64,000 bases of DNA, from assembly GCF_028641065.1 (NCBI RefSeq), contig NW_026576818.1, positions 1 to 64,000 on the forward strand. The letters are read 5' to 3'. The translations under genes and the position numbers were made by a program. A model generated the notes under the pieces. The model ran no database searches and was not told where the DNA came from. It saw only the letters and a list, made by a program, of their open reading frames with translations. Below, piece after piece: positions 22,995 to 36,034 of this stretch. Source of the DNA: Leucoraja erinacea. Taxonomy: Eukaryota. Every line of letters starts with the position of its first letter. The stretch's first letter is position 1.

Positions 22995-23270
22995 CGTGGT
23001 GTGCGGTAGATTTGCTGTCTTACAGCGCCAGAGATATGGGATCGATCCTGACTACGGATCTTTGTACGTTCTCCCCGTGACCTGTGTGGGTTTTCTGTGG
23101 GTGCTCGGGTTACCTATCACATTGAAGACGTTCAGGTTGGTAGGTTAATTGGCTTGGTACGGTTGTAAATTGTCCCCAGTGTGTAGGATAGTGCTCGTGT
23201 AGGGGGGTCGCTGGTCGGCTAGTATTCGGTGGGCAGAAGGGCCTGTTTCCGCGCTGTGTCTCTAAAACTA
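22995..23270 (+). mobile_element. tRNA-derived V-SINE (HE1-like)
   Basis: tRNA-like head, V-domain-like gttctccccgtgacctg.gtgggttt, CR1-like tail gggcctgtttccgcgctg and taaaac repeats; paralog at 46586. Confidence 0.8.
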
Positions 23271-23464
23271 AAGGATGACAAACGACAGCTTTCTGGGCTT
23301 TCTGCAGCATTAAACAGCAGCGGTCACTGCACCAAGGTAGCCACTGGGCCAGAGCGGCCACTGGGCCAGAGCGGCCACCGGGCCAGAGCCACCGGGCCAG
23401 AGCAGAGTGACCGGGACAGAGCACAGTGACTGGGATAGGACACGGAACAGTGAGTGAGAGCAGC

Positions 23465-23615
23465 TTCTGATTGGCGGAGCGAGCGATTATGATTAGATAT
23501 CCAATCAGAACGTTCACAGGAGAAGTGTCATTAAACATCTCACCGACCGTCCAATGACGATCCGCTCCTGCTCCATCCCTCATTAGCATAGGGTGACGCC
23601 GCTGCCTATTTAATC
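23465..23615 (+). promoter_or_regulatory. Histone H2B promoter
   Basis: Three CCAAT boxes (ATTGG about 23470, CCAAT 23501 and 23551), TGACG motifs, octamer-like CTCATTAGCATA (about 23579-23590), TATA-like CTATTTAA (about 23606). Confidence 0.8.
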
Positions 23616-23690
23616 CGAGCGCCGAGCGGTTTCTGGTCACTTTTGTGCAAAGAACATTTTTTGCTTTTGTGTTTGAAATCCACCGAGGAA

Positions 23691-24083
23691 ATGCCTGATC
23701 TGCCGAAAACAGTCCCCAAGAAGGAAACAGCCGCCAAGAAGGGCGCAAAGAAAGCTTTGCCGAAATCCGCAGGCAAAGGGGGCAAGAAGCGCAGGAGGTC
23801 GAGGAAGGAGAGTTACTCCATCTACATCTACAAAGTGATGAAGCAGGTTCACCCAGATACCGGCATCTCCTCCAAGGCCATGGGCATCATGAACTCGTTC
23901 GTCAACGATATTTTCGAGCGCATCGCGGGCGAGGCTTCCCGCCTGGCGCATTATAACAAGCGGGCGACCATCAGTTCCCGAGAGATTCAGACCGCCGTGC
24001 GCCTGCTTCTTCCCGGGGAGCTGGCCAAGCACGCCGTGTCGGAAGGGACAAAGGCGGTGACCAAGTACACCAGTTCCAAATAA
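23691..24083 (+). CDS. H2B: Histone H2B (130 aa), replication-dependent, intronless
   Basis: MPDLPK...[27 protein letters not shown]...[11 protein letters not shown]. Confidence 0.97.
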   Translation: MPDLPKTVPKKETAAKKGAKKALPKSAGKGGKKRRRSRKESYSIYIYKVMKQVHPDTGISSKAMGIMNSFVNDIFERIAGEASRLAHYNKRATISSREIQTAVRLLLPGELAKHAVSEGTKAVTKYTSSK

Positions 24084-24121
24084 ACATCCACACATTGTAG
24101 AAAAAACACCGAAAGCCCAAC

Positions 24122-24163
24122 GGCCCTTATAAGAGCCACCCACATTTTCGCAGAAAGAGTTGT
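24122..24163 (+). terminator. Histone 3' stem-loop (variant) and U7 HDE of H2B
   Basis: CCCAAC-GGCCCTTATAAGAGCC-ACCCA followed by AGAAAGAGTTG. Confidence 0.85.
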
Positions 24164-24339
24164 ACTAATGTTTCAACATTGAATCGCAGCAGAATTTTTT
24201 CAGGATATTTCTGTTTGGCGAATTATTTCCCATTCCATTTAGTGATTACATGTTCCAATATACGCGGGATATTCCCGGTATCCATGTTGCGTTCTTGTCC
24301 ATCAAACAGAAGTAAAACTCCTTTCCACTTTTCAACATA

Positions 24340-27300
24340 ATTGTATAAGGGGCAATAATTGTATAAGTGTTGTAAAAACAAGCCTAAAGGCTTTGTGTCT
24401 CAATGCAAGGAGGATTCGTAATAAGGTGGATGAGTTGAATGTGCAGATAGCTATTAATGACTATGATATAGTTGGGCTCACGGAGACATGGCTCCAGGGT
24501 GACCAAGGCTGGGAGCTGAACATCCAGGGATATTCAATATTCAGGAGGGATAGAGAGAAAGGAAAAGGAGGTGGGGTAGCGTTGCTGATTAGAGAGGAGA
24601 TTAACGCAATGGAAAGGAAGGACATTAGTTTGGAGGATGTGGAATCGGTATGGGTAGAGCTGCGAACACTAAGGGGCAGAAAACGCTGGTGGGTGTTGTG
24701 TACAGGCCACCTAACAGTAGTAGTGAAGTTGGTATCAAACAGGAAGTTAGAAATGCGTGCGACAAAGGCAAAACAGTTATAATGGGTGACTTCAATCTAC
24801 ATATAGATTGGGTGAATCAAATTGGCAAGGGTGCTGAGGAAGAGGATTTCTTGGAATGTATGCGGGATAGTTATCTAAATCAACATGTAGAGGAACCAAC
24901 GAGAGAGTAGGCTATGAGACGTGAATTGGCCAAGATTGACTGGCAATTAATTCTAAAAGGGTTGACGGTGGATATGCGATGGAAGACATTTAAAGACTGC
25001 ATGGATGAACTACAAAAATTGTTCATCCCAGTTTGGCAAAAGAATCAATCAGGGAAGGTAGTACATCCATGGATAACAAGGGAAATCAGGGATAGTGCCA
25101 AAGCGAAGGATGATGCGTACAAATTAGCCAGAAAAAGCAGCATACTGGAGGACTGGGAGAAATACAGAGACCAGCAGAGGAGGACAAAGGGCTTAAGTAG
25201 GAAAGGAAAAATAGATTATGAGAGAAAACTGGCAGGGAACATAAAAACTGACTGCAAAAGTTTTTATAGATATGTGAAAAGAAAGAGATTAGTTAAAACA
25301 AATGTAGGTATCTTGCAGTCAGAAACAGGTGAGTTGATCATGGGGAACAAGGATATGGCGGACCAATTGAATAACTACTTTGGTTCCGTCTTCACTAAGG
25401 AAGACATAAATAATCTGCCAGAAATAGCAGGGACCGCGGGTCAAAGGAGTTGGAGGAATTGTGTGAAATCCAGGTCAGCCGGGAAGTGGTGTTGGGTAAA
25501 TTGAATGGATTAAAGGCCGATAAATCCCCAGGGCCAGATAGGCTGCACCCCAGAGTACTTAAGGAAGACGCTCCAGAAATAGTGGATGCATTAGTAATAA
25601 TCTTTCAAAACTCTTTAGATTCTGGAGTAGTTCCTGAGGATTGGTGGGTAGCACACGTAACCCCACTTTTTAAGAAGGGAGGGAGAGAGAAAACGGGGAA
25701 TTACAGACCAGTTAGTCTAACATCGGTAGTGGGGAAACTGCTAGAGTCAGTTATTGAAGATGGGATAGCAGCACATTTGGAAAGTGGTGAAATCATTGGA
25801 CAAAGTCAGCATGGATTTACGAAAGGTAAATCATGTCTGACAAATCTTATATAATTTTTCGAGGATGTAACTAGTAGCGTGGATAGGGGAGAACCAGTGG
25901 ATGTGGTGTATCTGGACTTCCAGAAGGATTTCGACAAGGTCCCACATAAGAGATATGTATACAAACTTAAAGCACACGGATTTGGGGGTTCAGTATTGAT
26001 GTGGATAGAGAACTGGCTGGCAAACAGGAAGCAAAGAGTAGGAGTAAACGGGTCCTTTTCACAATGGCAGGCAGTGACTGTGGGGTACCGCAAGGCTCAG
26101 TGCTGGGACCCCAGCTATCTACATTACTAAAACTCAGTTCTTGACCGCTTTTCCCGATCTGTGCTGCGATTTCCGAGAGAACGCCGCCATCTACGGCCGT
26201 CATTTTTGGCCACCTCTCTCAGAGCCCCCCTCGGCCTCATGTGTGCCGAGGATTTTTCCCCTCGATGAAATATGAGCGAGATATTAATGTTTTAAAATCA
26301 TTCCCCATTCTCTCTGCTGCCGCTGGCGGCAGGGGAGGGAGCGGCTATAAAACCCGGAAGCGTCCCGCTTCAATCACTTTCTTGCCGGCCACGAAGTGAA
26401 AGGGTCACGGCTCACTGAGCTGCAGCTCTGCTCCAGACTTCACTGCCAGCCCACGAGCCTTGAGGTAGTGAACTGCCAGCCCACCAGCTGTAAGTGACTG
26501 AACTGCCAGCCCAATAACCCATTCAGTCCACCCTCTTCATCCTCCTCTCTTACAGTCTCACCTGTTTTGGGCAGAATTTCTGGCAGTTTCTCAGCCGCCA
26601 GCCTGCCAGGTCCGAGTGATTGTACTGAGCTGCCATCCCTCAGTGACTGAGCTGCCAGCCCTCAGTGACTGTTCTGACAGCCCAAAAATCCATTTGGCCG
26701 ACAAATTTCCATACTAGCCCTCTGGAAATCAGTACCTTCGGCCCACAACACTCATACTAGCGCAACAGAAAACCCCTTCCCACTGGCCAGCAATGTTGGA
26801 ATTGCTGCAGAGGTGGAATATTGTGTTGGGTGTCCAGCCCTCCCGTGTGAGGCCAGGACCCAACGGGTCCCACTTAGTCTAGTTTACAATCCTGATCTGG
26901 ATGAGGGAATTGAAGGCAATATCTCCAAGTTTGCGGATGACACTAAGCGGGGGGGCAGTGTTAGCTGTGAGGAGGATGCTAGGAGACTGCAAGGTGACTT
27001 GGATAGGCTGGGTGAGTGGGCAAATGTTTGGCAGATGCAGTATAATGTGGATAAATGTGAGGTTATCCATTTTGGTGGCAAAAACAGGAAAGCAGACTGT
27101 TATCTAAATGGTGGCCGACTAGGAAAAGGGGAGATGCAGCGAGACCTGGGTGTCATGGTACACCAGTCATTGAAAGTAGGCATGCAGGTGCAGCAGGCAG
27201 TGAAGAAAGCAAATGGTATGTTAGCTTTCATAGCAAAAGGATTTGAGTATTGGTTTTGGTCGCCAAATCTGAGGAAGGACATTGTTGCCATAGAGGGAGT

Positions 27301-27795
27301 GCAGAGAAGGTTCACCAGACTGATTCCTGGGATGTCAGGACTGTCTTATGAAGAAAGACTGGATAGTGGATGATCCGATGATAGACTTGGATTATACTCT
27401 CTAGAATTTAGGAGATTGAGAGGGGATCTTATAGAAACTTACAAAATTCTTAAGGGGTTGGACAGGCTAGATGCAGGAAGATTGCTCCCGATGTTGGGGA
27501 AGTCCAGGGCAAGGGGTCACAGCTTAAGGATAAGGGGGAAATCCTTTAAAACCGAGATGAGAAGAACTTTTTTCACACAGAGAGTGGTGAATCTCTGGAA
27601 CTCTCTGCCACAGAGGGTAGTCGAGGCCAGTTCATTGGCAATATTTAAGAGGGAGGTAGATGTGGCCCTTGTGGCTAAGGGGATCAGAGGGTATGGAGAG
27701 AAGGCAGGTACGGGATACTGAGCTGGATGATCAGCCATGATCATATTGAATGGCGGTGCAGGCTTAAAGGGCCGAATGGCCTACTCCTGCACCTA
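24340..27795 (+). mobile_element. CR1 LINE (ORF2 EN-RT, frameshifted, with deletions), interrupted by a Helitron
   Basis: NARRIRNK, GLTETW, MGDFN, SPGPD, NYRPVSLTS, YLDFQK, KFADDT and the CR1 3' tail ctatgtttc. Confidence 0.93.
26118..26882 (+). mobile_element. Non-autonomous Helitron
   Basis: 5' TCTACATTACTAAAA; 3' hairpin GGACCC-AAC-GGGTCC (26856-26870) then CTAG; inserted between A and T with no TSD, and removal restores the CR1 sequence ccagcta|tttacaat (compare about 35267-35281). Confidence 0.88.
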
Positions 27796-28352
27796 ATTTC
27801 CATGTTTCTATGTTTCCCTTCATGTCAACTTGTCCCAGACATTATAAGTTGTGCTCACGGCCTGCCGACTAGTGCTGCCGTTACTGTTTTATTTGGCGTT
27901 TATGAACTCCTGTCTTCATCTCTGTAACTGTTCTGAATTGCATTTCGTCGAGTTTTTCCAAGGAGGAACGTTTCACACTTTCGCCCATATTCCGATATTT
28001 GTGATAATGAACCAGATGATAATCCGACACCGTTTACATAGTGACCGATCGCTAATTGATGGCCAGGATCGTAATTTTTTTGTAATCGGTTACCGGCCTA
28101 AATGAATCGTAAATTAAATGTGTTGTGCTGTATTGCCCGGGGTTCAAGGTGGTCAATAATCAATAGTATTTAATTGTCATATGTACCGTGAACGGAACAA
28201 TGAAATTCTTACTCGCAGCAGTATAATTAACATCTTAACGCAAGTACATTAGGTAAAAAATGATAATCAAAAAAGCAATGATTATGTGATGTAGCAAATT
28301 GTATTGACATACAGATTTATTGTTTGGCGGCTATTTCAAAGTTCGAGTTTTG

Positions 28353-29630
28353 GAGGTACACAAAAATGTTGGAGAAACTCAGCGGGTGCAGCAGCATCTA
28401 TGGAGCGAAGGAAATAGGCGACGTTTCGGGCCGAAACCCTTCTTCAGACTGATGGGGTGTGGGTGGGGGGGGGGAGAAGGAAGGAAAAAGGGAGGAGGAG
28501 GAGCCCGAGGGCGGGGCGATGGGAGGAGACAGCTCGAGAGTGAAGGAAGGGGAGGAGACAGCAAGGGCTAGCAAAACTGGGAAAATTCAACGTTCATGCC
28601 ATCCGGACGCAAGCAACCCAGGCGGAATATGAGGTGCTGTTCCTCCAATTTCCGGTGTTGCTCACTCTGGCAATGGAGGAGACCCAGGACAGAGAGGTCG
28701 GATTGGGAATGGGAGGGGGAGTTGAAGTGCTGAGCCACCGGGAGTTCAGGTAGGTTATCGCGGACTGAGCGGAGGTGTTCGGCGAAACGATCGCCCAACC
28801 TCTGCTTAGTCTCCCCGATGTAAATCAGCTGACATCCAGAGTAGCGAATGCAGTAGATGAGGTTGGAGGAGATACAGGTGAACCTTTGTCGCACCTGGAA
28901 CGACTGCTTGGGTCCTTGAATGGAGTCGAGGGGGGAGGTGAAGGGACAGGTGTTGCATTTCTTGCGGTTGCAACGGAAAGTGCCTGGGGAGGGGGTGGTA
29001 CGGGAGGGAAGGGAAGAATTGACAAGGAAGTTGCGGAGGGAGCGGTCTTTGCGGAAGGCAGACATAGGGGGAGATGGGAAGATGTGGTGAGTGGTGGGGT
29101 CACGTTGGAGGAGGCGGAAATGACGGAGAATTATTTATAGTATTTGCCGGCTGGTGGGGTGAAAGGTGAGGACTAGGGGGACTCTGGTCGATGAAGAACC
29201 GGAGGGCTTTGAGGCCATCCTGGTGGGGGATGGAGGTGTAGAGTGACTGGACATTCATGGTAAAGATGAGGGGGTGGGGGCCTAGAGAGTGGAATGCGCG
29301 GAGGCGGCGGAGAGTGTCTGAGGTGTCTAGAACATAGGTGGGAGGGATTTGACCAAGGGGGATAGTATGGAGTCAAGGTATGTGGAGATGAGTTCGGTGG
29401 GGCACGAACAGGCAGAGACAATGGGTCTGCCGGGAGAGCCGGGTTTGTGGTTTTTGGGGAGAAGGTAAAAACGGGCCGTGCGGGGCTGGGGAACGATGAG
29501 GTTGGAAGCTTGGTCGGGCAGGGCGTGGGAATTGATGAAGTCGGTGATGGTGCTAGAGATGGTGGCCCGGTGCTCGTCAGTGGGGTCATGGTCCAGGGGT
29601 AAGTAGGAGGAGGTGTCCGAGAGTTGATGG
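28353..29630 (-). mobile_element. Penelope-like retroelement (RT fragment, GIY-YIG endonuclease, 3' UTR), internally deleted
   Basis: FYLLPK.HK..SPGRPIVS (RT); NLIYCIR...YIGET..RL.DRF.EH (GIY-YIG). Confidence 0.9.
28420..28447 (-). ncRNA. Minimal hammerhead-ribozyme-like motif in the Penelope 3' UTR
   Basis: CTGAAGA-A-GGG-TTTCGG-CCC-GAAAC-GTC: conserved core boxes, helix II and NUH triplet. Confidence 0.6.
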
Positions 29631-29684
29631 TCCAAGAGAGTTTTGGAGGGACTGGCAGTTATTTTCATCGCTTTTCTGTTGTGG

Positions 29685-29795
29685 GTTCTGATTGGTAGAT
29701 AAAACAGTTCTCTGATTGGGTCATTCTTTACACCAATGAGATTCCTTTTTCACCAATCACCAGCGGTTCTGTGGATTCCTCAAACAGGTATAAGA
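29685..29795 (+). promoter_or_regulatory. Histone H2A promoter
   Basis: Four CCAAT/ATTGG boxes and TATAAG at about 29789, upstream of the H2A ATG. Confidence 0.75.
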
Positions 29796-29813
29796 AAGGC
29801 GAGTCCGTGATAA

Positions 29814-30314
<501 letters not shown>

Positions 30315-30640
30315 TATATATATATATGTTTGTGTGTGCGCGCGCGCACGCGCGTATATGTGTGTGTGTGAGAGAGTGTGTATGTGTGTGCGTATATGTG
30401 TGTGTGTGACAGTGTGTGTGTATATATGTGTGTGTGAGTGTCTATGTGTGTGAGTCTGTGTGTGTCTGAGAGTCTGTCTGTGTGTGTGTGTGAGAGAGTC
30501 TGTGTGTGTATGTGTGTGTATATCTGTGTGTGTGTATATATGTGTGTGAGAGTGTCTGTATGTGTGTGAGACTGTGCGTGGGTCTGAGAGTCTGTGTGTG
30601 TGTGTGTGGGTGAGTGTCTGTGTGAGGTGGAGGGTGTGTG
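30315..30640. repeat. (TA)/(TG)n microsatellite
   Basis: Direct inspection. Confidence 0.95.
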
Positions 30641-30801
30641 TACAAACGTCGGACGTGACTCCAGAAGTCGGGCATAAATCAGTCAGTCCACAAGCTGTGA
30701 TTCAGTCTGTCAGTCCAGAGGCCATGAGTTAGTCAGTCAGTCCAGAGGCCATGAGTTAGTCCCAAGGCAGTGAGTTGGACTCACTGCACTCACTGCCCAC
30801 C

Positions 30802-30834
<33 letters not shown>

Positions 30835-31219
30835 ATCCCCACCTCAAGACGCTGCCCTCTGCCTGGCTATAGGATGCTTCTCCTCCTGAAGCCGCCCCCA
30901 TCCCCCCCTGCAGGACACCCCCTCCCCCATCAGCCCATGAGAGCACCCGACTAAAGCCGCCCTTTCTCTCGGCTGCAGGACGTTTGCCTCCCCCGGGGTG
31001 GAAGATTGCAACCTTCACGTGGTCCGCCCTGTTTCGACTAATGTAATCAGCTCGACGTGCACAAACAGAAGATCAAATAGAACAAGCCACCCCCACCCCA
31101 CCCCGACAGCCCCCGCCTCAAAAAATGTTTTGCACAAATTCTTCAGTGAGTCGAGAGGATTGAGAATTACAACAAATTACAACCGCTCAATCTCTCTATA
31201 TTAAAATTGTCTCTTTTTT

Positions 31220-34200
31220 TTCCAACAGCAAATAGCCATCAAGAGGCAGTGAGCAGCAGAACACAACTAGAGACAACAAGAACCGCACCTGAGGCAACAT
31301 CCAATAGAGTCATCCAGCATGTCAAAGACACCCATACGTCCACCATCATCCCAGTGTGGGTGTCAGCCACAAGTGAGCCTAATCGTGAAGTTCTTGTGTA
31401 TGCACTTCTGGATACACAGAGTGACACAACCTTTCTCCTCGAAGACACTGCAAAAGCTCTACACGTGAAGAACGAACCATTTCAGCTAAAGCTCTCCACA
31501 AGGACTTCAAGAAACACAGTTGTGTCCTGTAGGAGACTGACTGGTCTACAAGTAAGAGGATTTTACTCAGACAAGATAATCCAGCTGCCAGTGACCTACA
31601 CCAGATAATTCATACCTGCAAACAGAGATCATATTCCCTCACCAGAGACTGCAAAGGCATGGCCTCATCTCGAACACATCGCAGATGACATAGCTCCACA
31701 TCAAAGCTGTGACGTCGGCTTACTAATTGGCTACAACTGTCCTCAAGCTCTCGTCCCAAGACAAGTGTTACATGGTGAAGAAAATCAGTCCTTTGCACTG
31801 AAAACCAACTTGGGCTGGAGTGTAGTGGGTTATGGCAACCTATGTCTCGATTATGGAGATGCTATTGGAGTGAGTCACCAGGTTATCATGAAGCAAGTGA
31901 TATCAGGTATTCAGTCCACTTCAAACCTCACAAGCGAAGTGCATTATGTCTGTAGAACACAGATCAAGGAAGTAGCCTCACCTGCAGCTGTCATCAAGGT
32001 GCTGGAAGCTGACTTTGTGGAAAGAATTTCAGAGGAAGGCAACATCGCTCAAGAAGACCTCCGATTACTGTCAAGGATGGAAAAAGGCATCAGGCTCAAG
32101 GAGGATGGTCACTATGAGATGCCACTGCCGTTTAAGAAAGAAAGACCCAGCTTACAAGATATGTGCCATCCATCATCTCAGGTGCCTAGAAAGGAAGCTG
32201 AAAAGAAATGAACAGTATTACAAAGACTACAAGACCTTCATGGACGAGACCATAACCCGTGGAGATGCAGAAAAGGTCTCACAAGAAGACATCCGTAAAG
32301 CTCCAGCATGGTACATTCCCCACCATGGGGTGTATCATCCGCAAAAGCCTGGGAAAATTCTTGTCGTTTTTGACTGTTCCGCGAGGTATCAAGAGACAGC
32401 CTTGAATGATCATCTCCTGACAGGTCCAGAGTTGACGAACACCTTGTTGGGAGTCCTTTGTCGTTTTCGTAGAGGTCCAGTGGCGATCATGTGTGACATA
32501 GAACGCATGTTTCATCAGTTCCATGTAAAGGCAGAAGATCAGGATTACCTACGTTTCCTATGGTGGGAGAATGGAAATCTTGAAGCACAACCCTCCATCT
32601 ATCGGATGAAAGTCCACTTGTTTGGTGCAGTTTCCTCTCCTGGCTGTGCCAACTTTGGACTCAAACACCTGGCCGCTGAAGGACGAGGACGCTTCAGTGA
32701 AGACACCATCCAATTCATCCAGAAGAATTTCTATGTGGATGATGGCTTGGCAAGTGTAGCATCTGAAAGGCAAGCAATCAAACTAGTGAAAGAAGCGAGA
32801 GAGCTATGTAGCACAGGCAAACTTCGGCTACATAAGTTCATCTCTAACAGCAAGGAAGTCCTAGCCACAATCCCTAAAGAGGAATGTGCTGAAGCTGCCA
32901 AGGACCTGGACATGGCACTGGGAGAACAACACATGGATAGAGCACTCGGTGTCCAGTGGTGTGTGGCTTCTGACGAATTCCAGTTCAGGGTAATTGTCAA
33001 AGAAAATCCATTCACCCGAAGAGGAGTCTTGTCCACGGTTGCCTCAGTGTATGACCCGCTCGGATTTGTGGCACCCTTCATCTTGGTAGGAAAGCAGATC
33101 TTGCAGCAGATGTGTCGTGACAAGCTCAGTTGGGATGACACCTTACCAGATGACCTTCTACCCCTGTGGGAATCTTGGCACCAAGACCTGAAAAACCTGG
33201 CTGGTGTGAAGATCTGGAGATGCTACGCTCCACCAAGTTTCAATGTCCAGCACTATGAGCTCCACCATTTCTCCGATGCCAGTGTGACGGGCTATGGAGT
33301 TTGCTCATATCTCAGAGCGGTCAGCACATCAGGTGAAGTCCACTGTACCTTAGTAATGGGAAAGTCAAGAGTCGCCCCTACTAAGGTGACGACCATACCA
33401 AGACTAGAGCTGTCAGCAGCAGTGGTAGCTGTCCGCATCAGTGACATGCTCAAGAAAGAGCTCGAAGTAGAATGCTGTCAAGAAATCTTCTGGACTGATT
33501 CAAAGGTTGTACTTGGATACATCAGTAATGAAGCCAGAAGATTCCACGTGTTCGTAGCAAACCGCGTGGAACGCATCAAGCGAAGCACAGAGTCTGCGCA
33601 ATGGAGGCATGTAACTTCTGAGGAGAACCCAGCAGATCACGCCTCAAGAGGTCTCACAGCAGGACAACTTATAGCCTCCAAACCGGTTCACCTGGAGAGA
33701 CCCATAGTTAGATAATATTTTGAACTAATATTTTATATGCAGTATGTATGTCTCTAAGTTGTTCTAAGAAATCACATGTGATTTGGTGGGAGTGTAACTG
33801 CCCCACATCGGCAGTTAGTTAAATTCTGAACCTCACGGTTTTTGGTTCCTACCTGAAATAGTAGCGTTCCTAAGGGGGGAACTAATTGCCGACTTAGTTT
33901 CCGGGGGGCACGGTTGTTGGCGCACACAGAAGCCATGACTAAGAAGAAACCAAGAAATACCTCTTAAGTAGTAAGCAGTGGACGAGGTATGTTGTTTATT
34001 TGCTTGGTTAGTGTGGTGTTGTGTTGCTGTATGGACGTACATGCATGTATTTTGTAAACTGCATTTTTATTTTGTTTGTTTTGTTTTTTGTTGCCTTGTT
34101 TTTGGCTCAGTTCTCACGGGTTGGTTGGAGCCGAAAATAAACCCCGTATTTAACCACGATCTCGGGCCTCGTGTACTACTTGGGAGCTACAGTTACAGTT

Positions 34201-34239
34201 AATACATCATGGTCATACAGCAATTAAACCACATCAACA
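31220..34239 (+). mobile_element. BEL/Pao retrotransposon 2: 5'-truncated, frameshifted, integrase deleted, 3' LTR present
   Basis: YALLDTQSD (PR), WYIPHHGV/FYVDD (RT), HHFSDAS/FWTDS/NPAD.ASRG (RNase H) joined to the C-terminal KPVHLERP; PPT TTGGTGGGAG. Confidence 0.93.
33793..34239 (+). repeat. 3' LTR of BEL/Pao 2
   Basis: TGTAAC...CAACA immediately after the PPT; AATAAA at about 34136. Confidence 0.8.
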
Positions 34240-34242
34240 GGG

Positions 34243-36013
34243 GAATGGAAGGCATTTAAAGACTGCATGGATGAACTACAACAATTGTTCATCCCAGTTT
34301 GGCAAAATAATAAATCAGGGAAGGTACTGCATCCATGGATAACAAGGGAAATCAGAGATAGTATCAAAACAAAAGCATACAAATTAGCCAGAAAAAGCAG
34401 CCTCGTAGGAGAAATTCAGAGGCCAAATGGCTTAATTAGGAAAGAGACTGGCAGGGAACATAAAAACTGACTGCAAATGTTCTTATAGATATTTGAAGAG
34501 AAAAAGATTAGTTAAAACAAATTTAGGACCCTTGCAGTCAAAAACAGGTTAATTGATCATGGGGAACAAGGACATGGCGGACCAATTGAATAACTACTTT
34601 GGTTCTGTCTTCATTAAGGAAGACTTAAATAATCTGCCGGAAATAGCAGAGGACCGGGTGTCAAATTAGATGGAGGAACTGAGTGAAATCCAGGTTATAA
34701 GGGAAGTGGTGTTAGGTAAATTGAATGAATTAAAGGCCAATAAATCCCCTGGGCCAGATAGGCTGCATCCCAGAGTACTTAAGGAAGTAGCCCCAGAAAT
34801 AGTGGATGCAGCAGTGATATTTTTTCAAAACTCTTTAGATTCTGGAGTAATTCCTGAGGATTGGTGGGTAACTAATGTAACCCCACTTTTTAAAAAGGGA
34901 GGGAGAGAGAAAACAGGGAATTACAGACCAGTTAGTCTAACATCGGTAGTGGGGAAACTGCTAGTCAGTTATTAAAGATGGGATACCAGCACATTTGGAA
35001 AGTGGTGAAATCATTGGACAAAGTCAGCATGGATTTATGAAAGGTAAATCAGTGGATGTGTTATATCTGGACTTTGAGAAGGCTTTCGACAAGGTCCCAC
35101 ATATGAGATTAGTATGCAAACTTAAAGCGCACGGTATTGGGGGTTCAGTATTGATGTGGATAGAGAACTGGCTGACAGACAGGATGCAAAGAGTTGAAGT
35201 AAACGGGTTCTTTTCAGAATGGCAGGCAGTGACTAGTGGGGTACCGCAAGGCTCAGTGCTGGGACCCCAGCTATTTACAATATATATTAATGGACGAGGG
35301 AAGTGAATGCAACATCTCCAAGTTTGCGGATGACACGAAGCTGGGGCGCAGTGTTAGCTGTGAGGCGGCTGCTAGCTGACTTGGATAGTCTGGGTGAGTG
35401 GGCAAATGCATGGCAGATGCAGTATAATGTGGATAAAGGTGAGTTTATCCAGTTTGGTGGCAAAACATGGAAGTAGACTATTATCTGGATGGTGGCCGAT
35501 TAAGAAAAAGGGAGATGCAACAATATCTGGGTGTCATGGTACACCAGTCATGGTACGCCAGTCATTGAAAGTAGGCATGCTGGTGCAGCAGGCAGTGAAG
35601 AAAGCGAATGGTATGTTAGCATTCATAGCAAAAGGAAGTTTCACCAGACTGATTCCTGGGATGTAAGGACTTTAATATGAAGAAAGACTGGATAGACTCG
35701 GCTTGTACTCGCTAGAATTTAGAAGATTGAGCGGGGATCATATAGAAACTTACAAAATTCTTGAGGGGTTGGACAGGTTAGATGCAGGAAGATTGTTCCC
35801 AATGTTTGGGAAGTCCAGAACAAGGGGTCATAGTTTAAGGATAAGGGGGAAATCTTTTAGGACCAAGATGAGAAAAACATTTTTCACACAGAGAGTGGTG
35901 AATCTCTGGAATTCTCTGCCACATAAGGTAGTTGAGGCCAGTTCATTGGTTATATTTAAGAGGGAGTTAGATGTGGCCCTTGTGCTAAAGGTATCAGGGG
36001 GTATGGAGAGAAG
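34243..36013 (+). mobile_element. CR1 LINE ORF2 fragment (same subfamily as 24340-27795), 3' tail missing
   Basis: Near-collinear with 24975-27705; GVPQGSVLGP. Confidence 0.92.
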
Positions 36014-36034
36014 GCCTCTCACTCTCTGCGTATC

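Noticed and set aside
23637-24143. 168-aa minus-strand ORF, and the upstream GTG extension of H2B (23643)
   Set aside because: Antisense of H2B; the real start is ATG 23691, downstream of the TATA box.
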